This document shows positions 1-8,668 of a stretch of DNA of 64,000 bases, piece after piece. The notes under the pieces are model-generated. The model was not told the origin of the DNA, did no database searches, and saw only the letters and a list, made by a program, of their open reading frames with translations. Within the stretch, counting starts at the first letter, position 1; every line of letters starts with the position of its first letter. This stretch comes from Acidimicrobiia bacterium. GTDB taxonomy: Bacteria > Actinomycetota > Acidimicrobiia > Spongiisociales > UBA11373. The position numbers and the translations under genes were made by a program. The stretch lies in NCBI GenBank assembly GCA_041572755.1, contig JBFFRY010000007.1, positions 29,928 to 93,927 on the forward strand, written 5' to 3'.

Positions 1-1016
1 GATGCTCCGGGCTCGGGTCGAGGCAGCAGCCCGGCTCCATCGACGATAGGGCGGACCGCCTCCTCCCATTCGATGGCCATCACGTGGACGCCGGCGACGC
101 CTTCGATCTGCCGAATCTCGTTGATGAGGTCGATGCAGATCCGGATCCCTTCTTCCTTCCAGGCGGCGGTCCGGGCCTTCTTGTCCTCGGGGGTCAGCTC
201 GTCCTTGGACTTGCCGGCCCACTCCGCCCCGGCCTTCGTCATCCGGTCGATCAGGGGGTCGGGAACCAGGAGACCGGGGACGTTGTTCACCATGTAGCGG
301 GCCATACCGGGGCTCTTGAGCGGCCCCACCCCGGCCAGGATGTAGGCCTTTTCGTGGAGGCCCATTTCCCTCACCTTCTCCATGTAACCGGCAAAGGCGG
401 CAACGTCGTAGATGAGCTGGGTCTGGATGAAGTTGGCTCCGGCGGCCACTTTCTTGGCCAGCCGCATGGGGCGGTACTCGACCGGGTCGGCGAACGGGGC
501 GGCGGCTGCTCCGACGAAGAAGCGGGGCTCGGCGCCCTCGAACTCCTCACCGCACTGGAACACTTTGTCGTCGCGCATGGACGCCACCATCTGCACCAGC
601 TGGATGGAGTCGATGTCGAAGACGTTCTTGGCGGTCGGGTGATTCCCGAACTGCTGGTGGTCTCCGGTGAGGCACAGCAGGTTCTTCATGCCCAGGGCGT
701 GGGCGCCGAGCAGGTCTGCCTGGATGGCGAGCCTGTTGCGATCCCGGCAGGTCATCTGGATGACCGGCTCCAATCCCTCGTCGACCACGATGGTGCCGGC
801 GCCGATGCTCGACATCCGCACGATGGCGGTCTGGTTGTCGGTGATGTTGACGGCGTCGCACGTGCCCTTGAGGAGGCCGGCTTTCTCCCGGATCACCGCC
901 CCGTCGGCACTCTGGGGCGGCCCCAGTTCGGCGGTGACCGCGAAGTGGCCTCCTCGCAGCAAGCGCTCGAGCTGCGATCCGGCGAGTTCTCCGTTGGTGG
1001 GGGCTTCGGTGACCAT
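1..1016 (-). CDS. metF: Methylenetetrahydrofolate reductase MetF (start at 1016, C-terminal end runs off window start)
   Basis: Manual minus-strand translation from ATG 1016..1014 gives MVTEAPTNGELAGSQLERLLRGGHFAVTAELGPP...QMTCRDRNRLAIQADLLGAHALGMKNLLCLTGD. This is the MTHFR-family HLTC..D / L.GD core (compare E. coli HLTCIDAT...ALRGD). The metV-like gene sits immediately upstream, separated by 3 nt. The ORF track does not list it because it is open at the window edge. Confidence 0.75.
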   Translation of the reverse strand, partial: MVTEAPTNGELAGSQLERLLRGGHFAVTAELGPPQSADGAVIREKAGLLKGTCDAVNITDNQTAIVRMSSIGAGTIVVDEGLEPVIQMTCRDRNRLAIQADLLGAHALGMKNLLCLTGDHQQFGNHPTAKNVFDIDSIQLVQMVASMRDDKVFQCGEEFEGAEPRFFVGAAAAPFADPVEYRPMRLAKKVAAGANFIQTQLIYDVAAFAGYMEKVREMGLHEKAYILAGVGPLKSPGMARYMVNNVPGLLVPDPLIDRMTKAGAEWAGKSKDELTPEDKKARTAAWKEEGIRICIDLINEIRQIEGVAGVHVMAIEWEEAVRPIVDGAGLLPRPEPGA

Positions 1017-1019
1017 GAT

Positions 1020-1703
1020 CTACTCCTGCTCCGCGGCGATCCGGAGGTCGTCTCGGATGATGCGGCGGGGTCCGCCGTGGCGGGCCGCCTTCCAGTTCTT
1101 CGGTGGCTGCGGGTTCACGAGGATCTCGGTCCGACCGACGCTCGAGAGCCGGTCGTGGATCAACTGCCAGGCGCACGGCGTGGCCGGATCGACCTCGCAG
1201 TGGCCGTCCTCCGATCCACCGCACGGCCCGTTGAGCAGCGATTTGGCACACCGGGCGATGGGACAGATCCCGGCTGTGATCCCGAGGATGCACTCCCCGC
1301 AGGCGGCGCAGCGTTCCTCCCACAGCCCCTGCTCGGAGGGCATGCCCAGGAACGAAGTGTCGAGGCCGGGCACCACCCAGGCGTCGGGGAAGCGCTCCAC
1401 CATCGCCTGGACCCCTATCCCGCACGCCAGGGACACCACGACGTCGGCGTCGAGGATCCCTTCTCGCTGCTCGTCGAGGAACTCCCATTCGCACTGTCGC
1501 TGGATGTTGGTGTCGGTGATCGTCTTGGCAGCCCCGTCGAGCTTGGTCGACATGCGCAGCGAGGCGGCCAGGGTCTCCGCCTCCCGGGCGCCGCCGGCGA
1601 AGCAGATGGTGACGCACGTGCCGCATCCCGCCACGAGCACCTTCTCCGCATCGCCGACGAGACCCTTGATCTCCTCCAGCGGTTTCTGCTCGGCGATGAT
1701 CAT
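1020..1703 (-). CDS. metV: MetV-like MTHFR-associated Cys-rich (zinc-ribbon/FeS) small subunit
   Basis: Track ORF 1020..1760 with start trimmed to MIIAEQKPLEEIKG (ATG 1703..1701, by ORF arithmetic). It has the many Cys motifs (CGTC..C, CAACGEC, CPIARC, LLNGPCGG, GHCEVD) typical of the MetF C-terminal-like domain / MetV. Its start overlaps the mvhD-like stop by about 5 nt. Confidence 0.65.
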   Translation of the reverse strand: MIIAEQKPLEEIKGLVGDAEKVLVAGCGTCVTICFAGGAREAETLAASLRMSTKLDGAAKTITDTNIQRQCEWEFLDEQREGILDADVVVSLACGIGVQAMVERFPDAWVVPGLDTSFLGMPSEQGLWEERCAACGECILGITAGICPIARCAKSLLNGPCGGSEDGHCEVDPATPCAWQLIHDRLSSVGRTEILVNPQPPKNWKAARHGGPRRIIRDDLRIAAEQE

Positions 1704-1707
1704 CGGC

Positions 1708-2136
1708 TCACCCTCCTCCGCTCTCGGCGCCACGAAGTGGGTTGGGCCCCATCTCCGCAATCCGCTCGGTCATGTCGGTGGCGGCGGCGACGAACTCCGC
1801 CGCCATGGCGGCCGACATGTTGAACATCTCGACCCGTTCCCGTTCCAAGCCGATCTCGGCGAGCAGGTCCTGCACGCGTGCGATCCTCTTCCTGGCCTTC
1901 ACATTACCTTCCAGGTAATGGCAATCACCGGGCAGTCACCCGGCCGCCATGACGCCGTCCACGCCCTCCTCGAAAGCGAGGAGCACGGTCAGCACATCGA
2001 TGCGGCCGGTGCACGGCACCTCGACGACCTTCACCGCCGAGGGGTACTGCATGCGCAGGCCCCCGGCCAGATCGGCGGCCGCATAGGCACAGTGCTCACA
2101 GCAATAGGCCACGATGTTCAACTGGTCGTCGCTCAT
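1708..2136 (-). CDS. mvhD: MvhD-like [2Fe-2S] electron-transfer subunit with in-frame UGA (putative selenocysteine) at 1938..1936
   Basis: Track ORFs 1936..2136 (MSDDQLNIVAYCCEHCAYAAADLAGGLRMQYPSAVKVVEVPCTGRIDVLTVLLAFEEGVDGVMAAG*) and 1708..1902 (GTG-start ...KARKRIARVQDLLAEIGLERERVEMFNMSAAMAAEFVAAATDMTERIAEMGPNP) are in the same frame. The intervening codons read LPGDCHYLEGN. The joined product matches MvhD end to end (YCCxxCAY...RMQYP...EGADGVMVAGC-HPGDCHYxxGNxKARRRI...LGIEPERLRLEWIS). The TGA sits exactly at the conserved Cys of the AGC-HPGDCHY motif. ATGA overlap with the hdrL-like stop (2133..2136). Confidence 0.65.
1902..1920 (-). other. SECIS-like stem-loop 15 nt 3' of the in-frame UGA (mRNA sense 5'-CAUUACC UGGAA GGUAAUG-3')
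   Basis: Perfect 7-bp stem with a 5-nt loop, read directly from the sequence. Its position, about 15 nt after UGA, is in the range of bacterial SECIS elements. Confidence 0.45.
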
Positions 2137-5100
2137 CGAGATGGCGCTCCTATCGAGTCCAGAGGTATGAAGCCTTCAGGGGCGTGACCGACCAGGGCGG
2201 CCACCTTGGCGGTGGCCTGGGAGTCGGTGTAGTGCATCAACTGGATGGCGTGGCCCGGGCACTCCGCCACGCAAACCCCGCACCCACGACAGATGGCGGC
2301 CTCGATGGTGGCCGCCCCGAGGATGCCACCGATGCCGGGCTGACTCGCATCGATCCGGGGCACGCCGAAGGGGCACACCCGCACGCAGGTCAGGCATCCG
2401 GTGCACAACTCGTGGTCGACCACCGCAACCTGCCCACCGGCCAGCAGCGTGTCCTTGCTGAGAACCCGGGCGGCTCTGGCGGCCGCGGCCTGAGCCTGGA
2501 TCATCGTCTCGTCCGACAGCTTCGGGTAGTGGGCCATCCCGGCCATGAACACCCCGGCGGAGGAGAAGTCGACCGGCCGCAGCTTGACGTGCGCCTCCAA
2601 GAAGAAGCCGTCGGCGTCGATGCTGCATTTGAAGAAGTTGGCCAGTTCGTCGCTGTCGTCGCGGGGCACGACCGGCATGCTCAGCACCACCAGATCGGGC
2701 TCGAGCTCCATGGCCCGATCGAGGATCGGATCTCGGGCCCGCACCTGCAGCGATCCGTTGGCTTCCACCACCGGCTTCTCGTCCGGGTCGTAGTGGACGA
2801 AGAGCACGCCCTTGGACCGCGCCTCGGTGTAGGACCGCTCCTTGAACCCGTACACCCGAATGTCGCGATAGAGCACCACCACCTGGGCGTCGGGCTTGCG
2901 CTCCTTGAGCGCCAGGGCGTTCTTGAGCGCGATCGTGCAGCAGATGCGGCTGCAGTACTGCTCGGCCGGACCGACACATTGGATCATCACGACCGAATCG
3001 GGGACGTCACCGGCTTCGAGGCGCTGCTCGAACTCCTGCTGGGTGACGATGCGGGGGTCGGTGCCGTAGCCGTACTCCGGCCCCCGGTACTCCCGGCCAC
3101 CGGTGGCGAGGATCGTCACCCCGTGATCAATCGAGACGCGGGCGCCGTCGGCCTTCTCCACGGTGCTCGTGAAATTGCCCATGAACCCCGAGGAACCGAC
3201 CACCCGGCTCCCGAGATGGATGTCGACCAGCGGGTTTCGCTCGACGCGGCCGGACAGTTCGGCGAGGAGATGCTGGGGCTGCTTGCCCTGGAACGGCATC
3301 CGCACCCTGCCGAGGTTGCCGCCGAGCGTCTCCTCGCGTTCGACCAGGTCGACCGGGTAGCCCTGGTCGGCAAGAGAAGCTGCAGCGGTCATGCCGGCGA
3401 CCCCGCCGCCCACGACCAGCGCCCGTTTCGTGACCGGGACCTCGAAGGTGTGTTGCGGTTCCAACAGGGCCGCCCGGGCCACGGCCATGCGCACCAGGTC
3501 CCGTGCCTTGGCGGTGGCGGCCTCGTTGTCGTCGGAGTGCACCCACGAGCACTGATTGCGGATGTTGGCCATCTCGAAGAGGTACGGATTGAGGCCGGCA
3601 CTGCGCAGCATGTCACGGAAGAGCGGGCCGTGGGTCAGCGGGGTGCAACTGGCGACGACCACCCGGTTGAGCTGCTGCTCCTGGACCTGTTCGGCGATGT
3701 GCTTCACGCTGTCCTGCGAGCAGGTGTAGAGGTTGGCCTCCGCATAGGCCACCCCGGGCAGATCCCCGGCGTATTCGGCCACGTCGGGGACATCCAGGTA
3801 CCCGCCGATGTTCGACCCGCAGTGGCACACGAACACGCCGATCCGCAGGGCCTCATCGGTGATGTCCCGTTCGTCCGGGAAGCTGGGGTCGGTGGTGAGA
3901 GAGAAGCGAGATTCGCCGAGTCGGGTGGCGGCGGCGGCCGCCGCCCCGCTCGCCTCGATGACCGACTCGGGGATGTCCTTGGGCTCCCGGAAGGGCCCGA
4001 CGGCGTAGATGCCGGGCTTGCTGCTCTCGAGCGGGTTGAACTGGGCGGTGTGGCAGAAGCCGTACTCGTCGAGCTCGATGCCGAGGCGGGTGCCGAGCTC
4101 CTTCACCGAATCGGAGATCTCCATGCCGACCGACAGCACCACCAGGTCGAAGGGCTCCTCGTGGAGCCGGCCGGCCTCGTCGTTGTAGCGGACCAACAGA
4201 TCCTTGGTCGCCGGATCCTCCCGCAGTCCGCTGATCCGGCACCGGGTGTACTCCACGCCGTAGCGATCCCGGGCCCGCTCGAAATAGCTCCAGTAGCCCT
4301 TGGAGAACGCCCGCATGTCCATCATGAACACCTGGATGTCGAGGTCGGGCTCGTGCTCCTTGGCCATGATCGCTTCCTTGGTGGCATACATGCAGCACAC
4401 CGCCGAGCAGTAGTCCCGGGTCTGGTCGCGTGACCCGATGCACTGGAGGAAGGCGACCCGTTTCGGCTTCTCATGATCGGACGGCCGGACGACGTGGCCG
4501 GTGGTCGGTCCCGAGGCCGACAGCAGGCGTTCGAACTGCAGAGCCGTGATCACGTTGGGGTAGCGACCGAGCCCGTACTCCTCGGCGAGCTCGGCCTTGT
4601 AGATCTGGTAGCCGGGAGCCAGGATCACCGCACCGACATCGATCTCGGAGACCGTGGCGATCATGTCGTGGTCGACGGCGTTGACCCCGCAGGCAAAGGC
4701 ACAGCTCATGCACTCCGAGCACACTCCGCAGGCCAGGCATCGGGAGGCTTCGGCCCGGGCCGATTCGTCGTCGTAGCCCCGCTCGATCTCGGCAAATGAG
4801 TGAATCCTCTCGAGCACCGGCAACTCGGGGAGCGGCACCCGGGGGCGGCGCTCGATGCGGCCCGAGGCCACTCGCCGCGCCAGCTCCTCGTCGGTGGGTC
4901 GCGCCACCGGGACTTCGGGTGGCGGTGGCGGCTCGAGATCCTCCCCCTGCAGGTAGCGGATGAGTGAGGCCGCCGCCTTGTGGCCGCTGTCGACGGCTTC
5001 GATGACGAACGAAGTGCCGGAGACGCTGTCTCCGGCGGCGAACACCCCTGGGCGGCTGGCGGCCAGGGTGTGAGGATCGATGGAGATCGTGTTCTGCCTG

Positions 5101-6665
5101 GTGACACCGACCCCGGCATCGTCGGGGATGAACGCCAGGCCCGCTCGCTGACCCACCGAGAAGATCACCGTGTCGCACTCGAGCACGTGCAGGGAGTCGT
5201 CCACCGTGGTGACCGAGAGGCGTCCGTCGTCCCCGAAGCTGAAGGAGGCGACTCGCCGGCACTCCACGGCGGTCACGTTGCCCTCGTCATCGCTCAGGAT
5301 CTGCTCGAACGTCCTCCCGGGGTGGACGGTGATCCCCTCGGCCTCGGCGGCTTCGATCTCCCAGGGGTGGGCCGGCATCTCGTCGCGGCCCTCCAGGCAG
5401 GCCATGTGGACGTCGCGACCCAGCCGCACCGCACTGCGGGCCACGTCGATCGCCACGTTGCCGCCACCGAGCACCAGCACCTTCTCACCGAGAGGCGGCA
5501 CGTCGGCATCGGCCTCGTCGTCGTAGTGGCCCAGCCGCATGTCCCGCAGGAATCGGGTGTTGATGAGAACCCCGGGGAGGTCGGCACCGGGGATGGGGAG
5601 GCGGATGCCTTCGTGAGCGCCGACGGCGATGAGGATCGCGTCGTGCCCCGCTTCGAAGAGGTCATCGAGGTTGTCGACGGTGTGATTCAGTTCGAGCCGA
5701 ACACCCAGGTCGACGATGTCCCGGACTTCACGTTCCACGACCTCGCTGGGCAGCCGAAACTCGGGCACGCCGAGGCGGAGCATGCCGCCGGCCACCGGCA
5801 TCGATTCGTACACCGTGACCGCATAGCCGGCCATGGCGAGGTCCTGAGCGGCGGTGAGGCCACACGGCCCGGCTCCGATGATGGCGATGCTCTCGTCGTG
5901 GATGCGGGGCACCGGCTCGACCGGTCGGCGGGGCTCGGCGTAGACCTTGTCGGTGACGAAGCGCTTCAGCGCCCGAATGTTGATCGGCTCGTCGACCCGC
6001 CCCCGGGTGCAGGCGATCTCGCAGCGGTGGTTGCAGATCCGCCCGCAGATGCCGGGGAAGGGGTTGTCGAGCTTGATGACCCGCATGGCGTCGTCGTAGC
6101 GGCCCTCGCCGATGAGCGCGATGTAGCCCTGGGCCCGCTGCCCGGCCGGGCAGGCATCCCGGCATGGGGCCACGCCGAGCTTCTCGATGGCGAAAGCGTT
6201 GGGTACCGCCTGCGGATACAGCTTGAAGGCGGCCCGCCGGTGAGCGAGGCCCTCGTTGAACTCGTCGGGGATCACGATCGGGCAGACGGTGGCGCAATCG
6301 CCGCAGGCGATGCAGACGTCGGTGTCGATGTAGCGGGGGTGGTGCTTCACCTCGACGGTGTAGTTGCCGACCTCGCCGACGATGTCGAGGACCTCGCTGT
6401 CGGTGAGCAGCTCGATGTTGGGGTGGCGGCCGGTCTCCACCAGCTTGGGGGAGATCGTGCACATGGCACAGTCGTTGGTGGGGAAGGTCTTGTCGAGCTG
6501 GGCCATCTTTCCGCCGATGGCCGACTGCGACTCGACCAGATAGACCTTGAAGCCCTGATCGGCGAGATCGAGAGACGCCTGCATGCCGGCGATGCCCCCG
6601 CCGACCACCATCACGGCGCCGGTCGGTTCGCCGTTCATCGACCCCATGTGCCGGAAACCATCCAT
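2133..6665 (-). CDS. Giant HdrA-family flavin/FeS fusion protein (HdrL-like): HdrA module interrupted by a GltD/NfnB-like NAD(P)H-FAD module, a second HdrA module, and a C-terminal 2x[4Fe-4S] ferredoxin
   Basis: Track ORF 2133..6719, 1528 aa in the track and about 1510 aa from the trimmed start. Start trimmed to MDGFRHMGSMNGE (ATG 6665, preceded by GAGGGGG).
- N-terminus: VMVVGGGIAGMQASLDLADQGFKVYLVESQSAIGGKMAQLDKTFPTNDCAMCTISPKL, the HdrA FAD site.
- GltD-like insert: CRDACPAGQRAQGYI...NPFPGICGRICNHRCEIAC, then IAIIGAGPCGLTAAQDLAMAG and VLVLGGGNVAIDVAR.
- HdrA signature CIGSRDQTRDYCSAVCCMYATKEA.
- Second module RALVVGGGVAGMTAAASLADQG...CVGPAEQYCSRICCTIALKNA.
- C-terminal CTGCLTCVRVCP...CRGCGVCVAECP. 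Confidence 0.75.
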   Translation of the reverse strand: MDGFRHMGSMNGEPTGAVMVVGGGIAGMQASLDLADQGFKVYLVESQSAIGGKMAQLDKTFPTNDCAMCTISPKLVETGRHPNIELLTDSEVLDIVGEVGNYTVEVKHHPRYIDTDVCIACGDCATVCPIVIPDEFNEGLAHRRAAFKLYPQAVPNAFAIEKLGVAPCRDACPAGQRAQGYIALIGEGRYDDAMRVIKLDNPFPGICGRICNHRCEIACTRGRVDEPINIRALKRFVTDKVYAEPRRPVEPVPRIHDESIAIIGAGPCGLTAAQDLAMAGYAVTVYESMPVAGGMLRLGVPEFRLPSEVVEREVRDIVDLGVRLELNHTVDNLDDLFEAGHDAILIAVGAHEGIRLPIPGADLPGVLINTRFLRDMRLGHYDDEADADVPPLGEKVLVLGGGNVAIDVARSAVRLGRDVHMACLEGRDEMPAHPWEIEAAEAEGITVHPGRTFEQILSDDEGNVTAVECRRVASFSFGDDGRLSVTTVDDSLHVLECDTVIFSVGQRAGLAFIPDDAGVGVTRQNTISIDPHTLAASRPGVFAAGDSVSGTSFVIEAVDSGHKAAASLIRYLQGEDLEPPPPPEVPVARPTDEELARRVASGRIERRPRVPLPELPVLERIHSFAEIERGYDDESARAEASRCLACGVCSECMSCAFACGVNAVDHDMIATVSEIDVGAVILAPGYQIYKAELAEEYGLGRYPNVITALQFERLLSASGPTTGHVVRPSDHEKPKRVAFLQCIGSRDQTRDYCSAVCCMYATKEAIMAKEHEPDLDIQVFMMDMRAFSKGYWSYFERARDRYGVEYTRCRISGLREDPATKDLLVRYNDEAGRLHEEPFDLVVLSVGMEISDSVKELGTRLGIELDEYGFCHTAQFNPLESSKPGIYAVGPFREPKDIPESVIEASGAAAAAATRLGESRFSLTTDPSFPDERDITDEALRIGVFVCHCGSNIGGYLDVPDVAEYAGDLPGVAYAEANLYTCSQDSVKHIAEQVQEQQLNRVVVASCTPLTHGPLFRDMLRSAGLNPYLFEMANIRNQCSWVHSDDNEAATAKARDLVRMAVARAALLEPQHTFEVPVTKRALVVGGGVAGMTAAASLADQGYPVDLVEREETLGGNLGRVRMPFQGKQPQHLLAELSGRVERNPLVDIHLGSRVVGSSGFMGNFTSTVEKADGARVSIDHGVTILATGGREYRGPEYGYGTDPRIVTQQEFEQRLEAGDVPDSVVMIQCVGPAEQYCSRICCTIALKNALALKERKPDAQVVVLYRDIRVYGFKERSYTEARSKGVLFVHYDPDEKPVVEANGSLQVRARDPILDRAMELEPDLVVLSMPVVPRDDSDELANFFKCSIDADGFFLEAHVKLRPVDFSSAGVFMAGMAHYPKLSDETMIQAQAAAARAARVLSKDTLLAGGQVAVVDHELCTGCLTCVRVCPFGVPRIDASQPGIGGILGAATIEAAICRGCGVCVAECPGHAIQLMHYTDSQATAKVAALVGHAPEGFIPLDSIGAPSR

Positions 6666-6764
6666 CCCCCTCGGTTGATCTCGGGGATATTGTCGCCCGG
6701 AACGACCACTCCCCCCCACGGGCTTTCGGCCCTATTGGGACCGCCGTCCGGCGGCGAATCGGGT

Positions 6765-8426
6765 CTAGCGGGTCACCGCACCGTGTTCGGCCGAGCCGAC
6801 CAGCCTGGCGTACTTCGCCAGGGCACCGGTGGGGTAGCGGGGCGGAGGCGGCTCCCATCCGGCCCGGCGTCGCTGCAGAGTCGCTTCGTCGACGAGCAGG
6901 TCGACGCGACGCTGCGGGATGTCGATGCGGATGGGGTCACCGTCCTCGATCAGGGCCATCGATGCTCCGTCGGCGGCCTCCGGCGCCACGTGGCCGATGC
7001 ACAACCCGGTGGTGCCTCCGGAGAACCGGCCGTCGGTGATGAGCGCCACCGAGCCGCCGAGACCCGAACCCCGGATGGCGGCGGTGATCGCCAGCATCTC
7101 CCGCATCCCCGGGCCGCCCCGGGGTCCCTCGTAGCGGATGACCACCACATCCCCGGCGGCGAGGTCGCCGCGATGCAGGGCCTCCAAGGCCCCCTGCTCG
7201 GCATCGAAGACCCGGGCGGGGCCCTCGAAGAGGGTTTCGGAGAGTCCGGCGATCTTCACGACGGCCCCGTTGGGGGCGAGCGATCCCCGCAGGATGGCGA
7301 TGCCCCCTTCGGGTGCCAGCGGATCATCCAGGGAGTGGACCACGTCCTGGCCGGCGGTGAAGGAGGCTCCCTCTAGGTTCTCGGCCATCGTCTTTCCGGT
7401 CACCGTCGGCACGTCGCCGTGGATTCGGCCGTCGTCGAGGAGGGCCCGCAGAACCGCCGGCACGCCACCGGCCTTGTGGAGGTCCACCATGTGATAGCGG
7501 CCGTAGGGGCTCATGTCGCCCAGGTGGGGGGTTCGACGGGCGATGCGGTCGAAGTCCTCCAGGCCCAGCTCGACCTCGGCCTCCCGAGCGATGGCGAGCA
7601 GGTGGAGGACACCGTTGGTGGATCCGCCCAGCGCCATCAGCAGGGTGATGGCGTTCTCGAAGGCCTCCCTGGTGAGGATCTGCCGGGGCCGAGTTCCCGT
7701 TTCGAGGAGGCCCATCACAGCCTCGCCGGAACGGACGGCGAACTCGTCGAGAGCCGGATCGGCAGCCGGCACCGCGGCGCTGCCGGGCAGCGACATCCCC
7801 AGCGCCTCACCGATCGAGGCCATGGTGTTGGCGGTGAACATCCCGGCGCAAGAACCCACCCCGGGGCAGGCCATCCGCTCCAGTTCGAGGAGCTCCCGCT
7901 CGGTCATGTTCCCCTGGGATGCGGCACCAATCCCTTCGAAGACGTCCACGATCGAAACGTCGCGCCCTCGCCATCGGCCCGGCAGGCTGGAGCCCCCGTA
8001 CAGGAAGACCGAAGGGAGGTCGGTTCTGGCGGCCGCCATCAGCATGCCCGGCAGCGACTTGTCGCAACCGGCGATGGTGACCATGGCGTCGAACCGCTCG
8101 GCATGCATGACCAGCTCCACCGAATCCGCGATGACCTCGCGGGACACGAGGGAGGCCCGCATCCCTTCGTGACCCATCGAGATCCCATCGGAGACGGCGA
8201 TCGTGGTGAACTCGAGACCGACGCCGCCGGCGGCGCTGACGCCGGTCTTGGCGGCCTTGGCCAGCCGGGGCCCGCTGACGTTGCACGGGGTGACCTCGTT
8301 GCCGGCCGAGACCACGCCCACTTGGGGCTTCTGGAAGTCGTCGTCGTCGAGGCCCACGGCCCGCAGCATCGCCCGTGCGCCGGCCGCCCGGGGCCATCTC
8401 GTGACGTCGTCGGAATGGATCTTCAT
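6765..8426 (-). CDS. ilvD: Dihydroxy-acid dehydratase
   Basis: 553 aa. [25 protein letters not shown]...[16 protein letters not shown]...; typical IlvD/Edd family length and motifs. Confidence 0.9.
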   Translation of the reverse strand: MKIHSDDVTRWPRAAGARAMLRAVGLDDDDFQKPQVGVVSAGNEVTPCNVSGPRLAKAAKTGVSAAGGVGLEFTTIAVSDGISMGHEGMRASLVSREVIADSVELVMHAERFDAMVTIAGCDKSLPGMLMAAARTDLPSVFLYGGSSLPGRWRGRDVSIVDVFEGIGAASQGNMTERELLELERMACPGVGSCAGMFTANTMASIGEALGMSLPGSAAVPAADPALDEFAVRSGEAVMGLLETGTRPRQILTREAFENAITLLMALGGSTNGVLHLLAIAREAEVELGLEDFDRIARRTPHLGDMSPYGRYHMVDLHKAGGVPAVLRALLDDGRIHGDVPTVTGKTMAENLEGASFTAGQDVVHSLDDPLAPEGGIAILRGSLAPNGAVVKIAGLSETLFEGPARVFDAEQGALEALHRGDLAAGDVVVIRYEGPRGGPGMREMLAITAAIRGSGLGGSVALITDGRFSGGTTGLCIGHVAPEAADGASMALIEDGDPIRIDIPQRRVDLLVDEATLQRRRAGWEPPPPRYPTGALAKYARLVGSAEHGAVTR

Positions 8427-8501
8427 CCGGGCATCCTACGTGGCCGTCCCGCCACGCGATCGGCGAGATCGCTCAAGGGGCGGGGCACCGGGCGCCGATG
8501 G

Positions 8502-8530
8502 TTGACAACCTGCGGCACCCCCGCCATACT
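8502..8530 (+). promoter_or_regulatory. Sigma70-like promoter for the ilvB leader (-35 TTGACA 8502-8507, 17-nt spacer, -10 CATACT 8525-8530)
   Basis: Read directly from the sequence. The spacing is ideal, and the predicted TSS lies a few nt before the leader ATG at 8543. Confidence 0.4.
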
Positions 8531-8542
8531 GCCGCTCCACAC

Positions 8543-8584
8543 ATGAGCCCGTTCAACGCGACCCTGGTAATTATTCTCGTGTAG
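8543..8584 (+). CDS. ilvB leader peptide MSPFNATLVIILV* (six consecutive Leu/Val/Ile codons)
   Basis: atg agc ccg ttc aac gcg acc ctg gta att att ctc gtg tag, located between the promoter and the attenuator hairpins upstream of ilvB. Confidence 0.5.
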   Translation: MSPFNATLVIILV

Positions 8585-8613
8585 CGCACGTGCCACATAA
8601 CGCGCGTGCGCAA

Positions 8614-8642
8614 CCCTCCAGCCCCCGGCCGGAGGGTTTTTT
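8614..8642 (+). terminator. Attenuator / intrinsic terminator: GC-rich hairpin CCCTCCAGCCCCCGGCCGGAGGG followed by TTTTTT, 27 nt upstream of the ilvB start
   Basis: The only strong hairpin-plus-U-tract in the window. It is preceded by a second hairpin GCGCACG...CGTGCGC (8584..8611) that overlaps the leader stop codon. Confidence 0.55.
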
Positions 8643-8668
8643 CATCCCCGGACCCAACGGAGAAGAAG

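Noticed and set aside
84-1823. 579-aa plus-strand ORF spanning the metF/metV-like region
   Set aside because: It lies antisense to two well-supported genes. Composition is Gly/Arg/Asp/Pro-rich and low-complexity, as expected from reading a 70%-GC coding region in the wrong frame. No recognisable motifs.
2184-7376. Long plus-strand ORFs (2184..4433, 4980..7376) antisense to the HdrL-like gene and ilvD
   Set aside because: Same high-GC frame artefact. They overlap strongly supported minus-strand genes and have no motifs.
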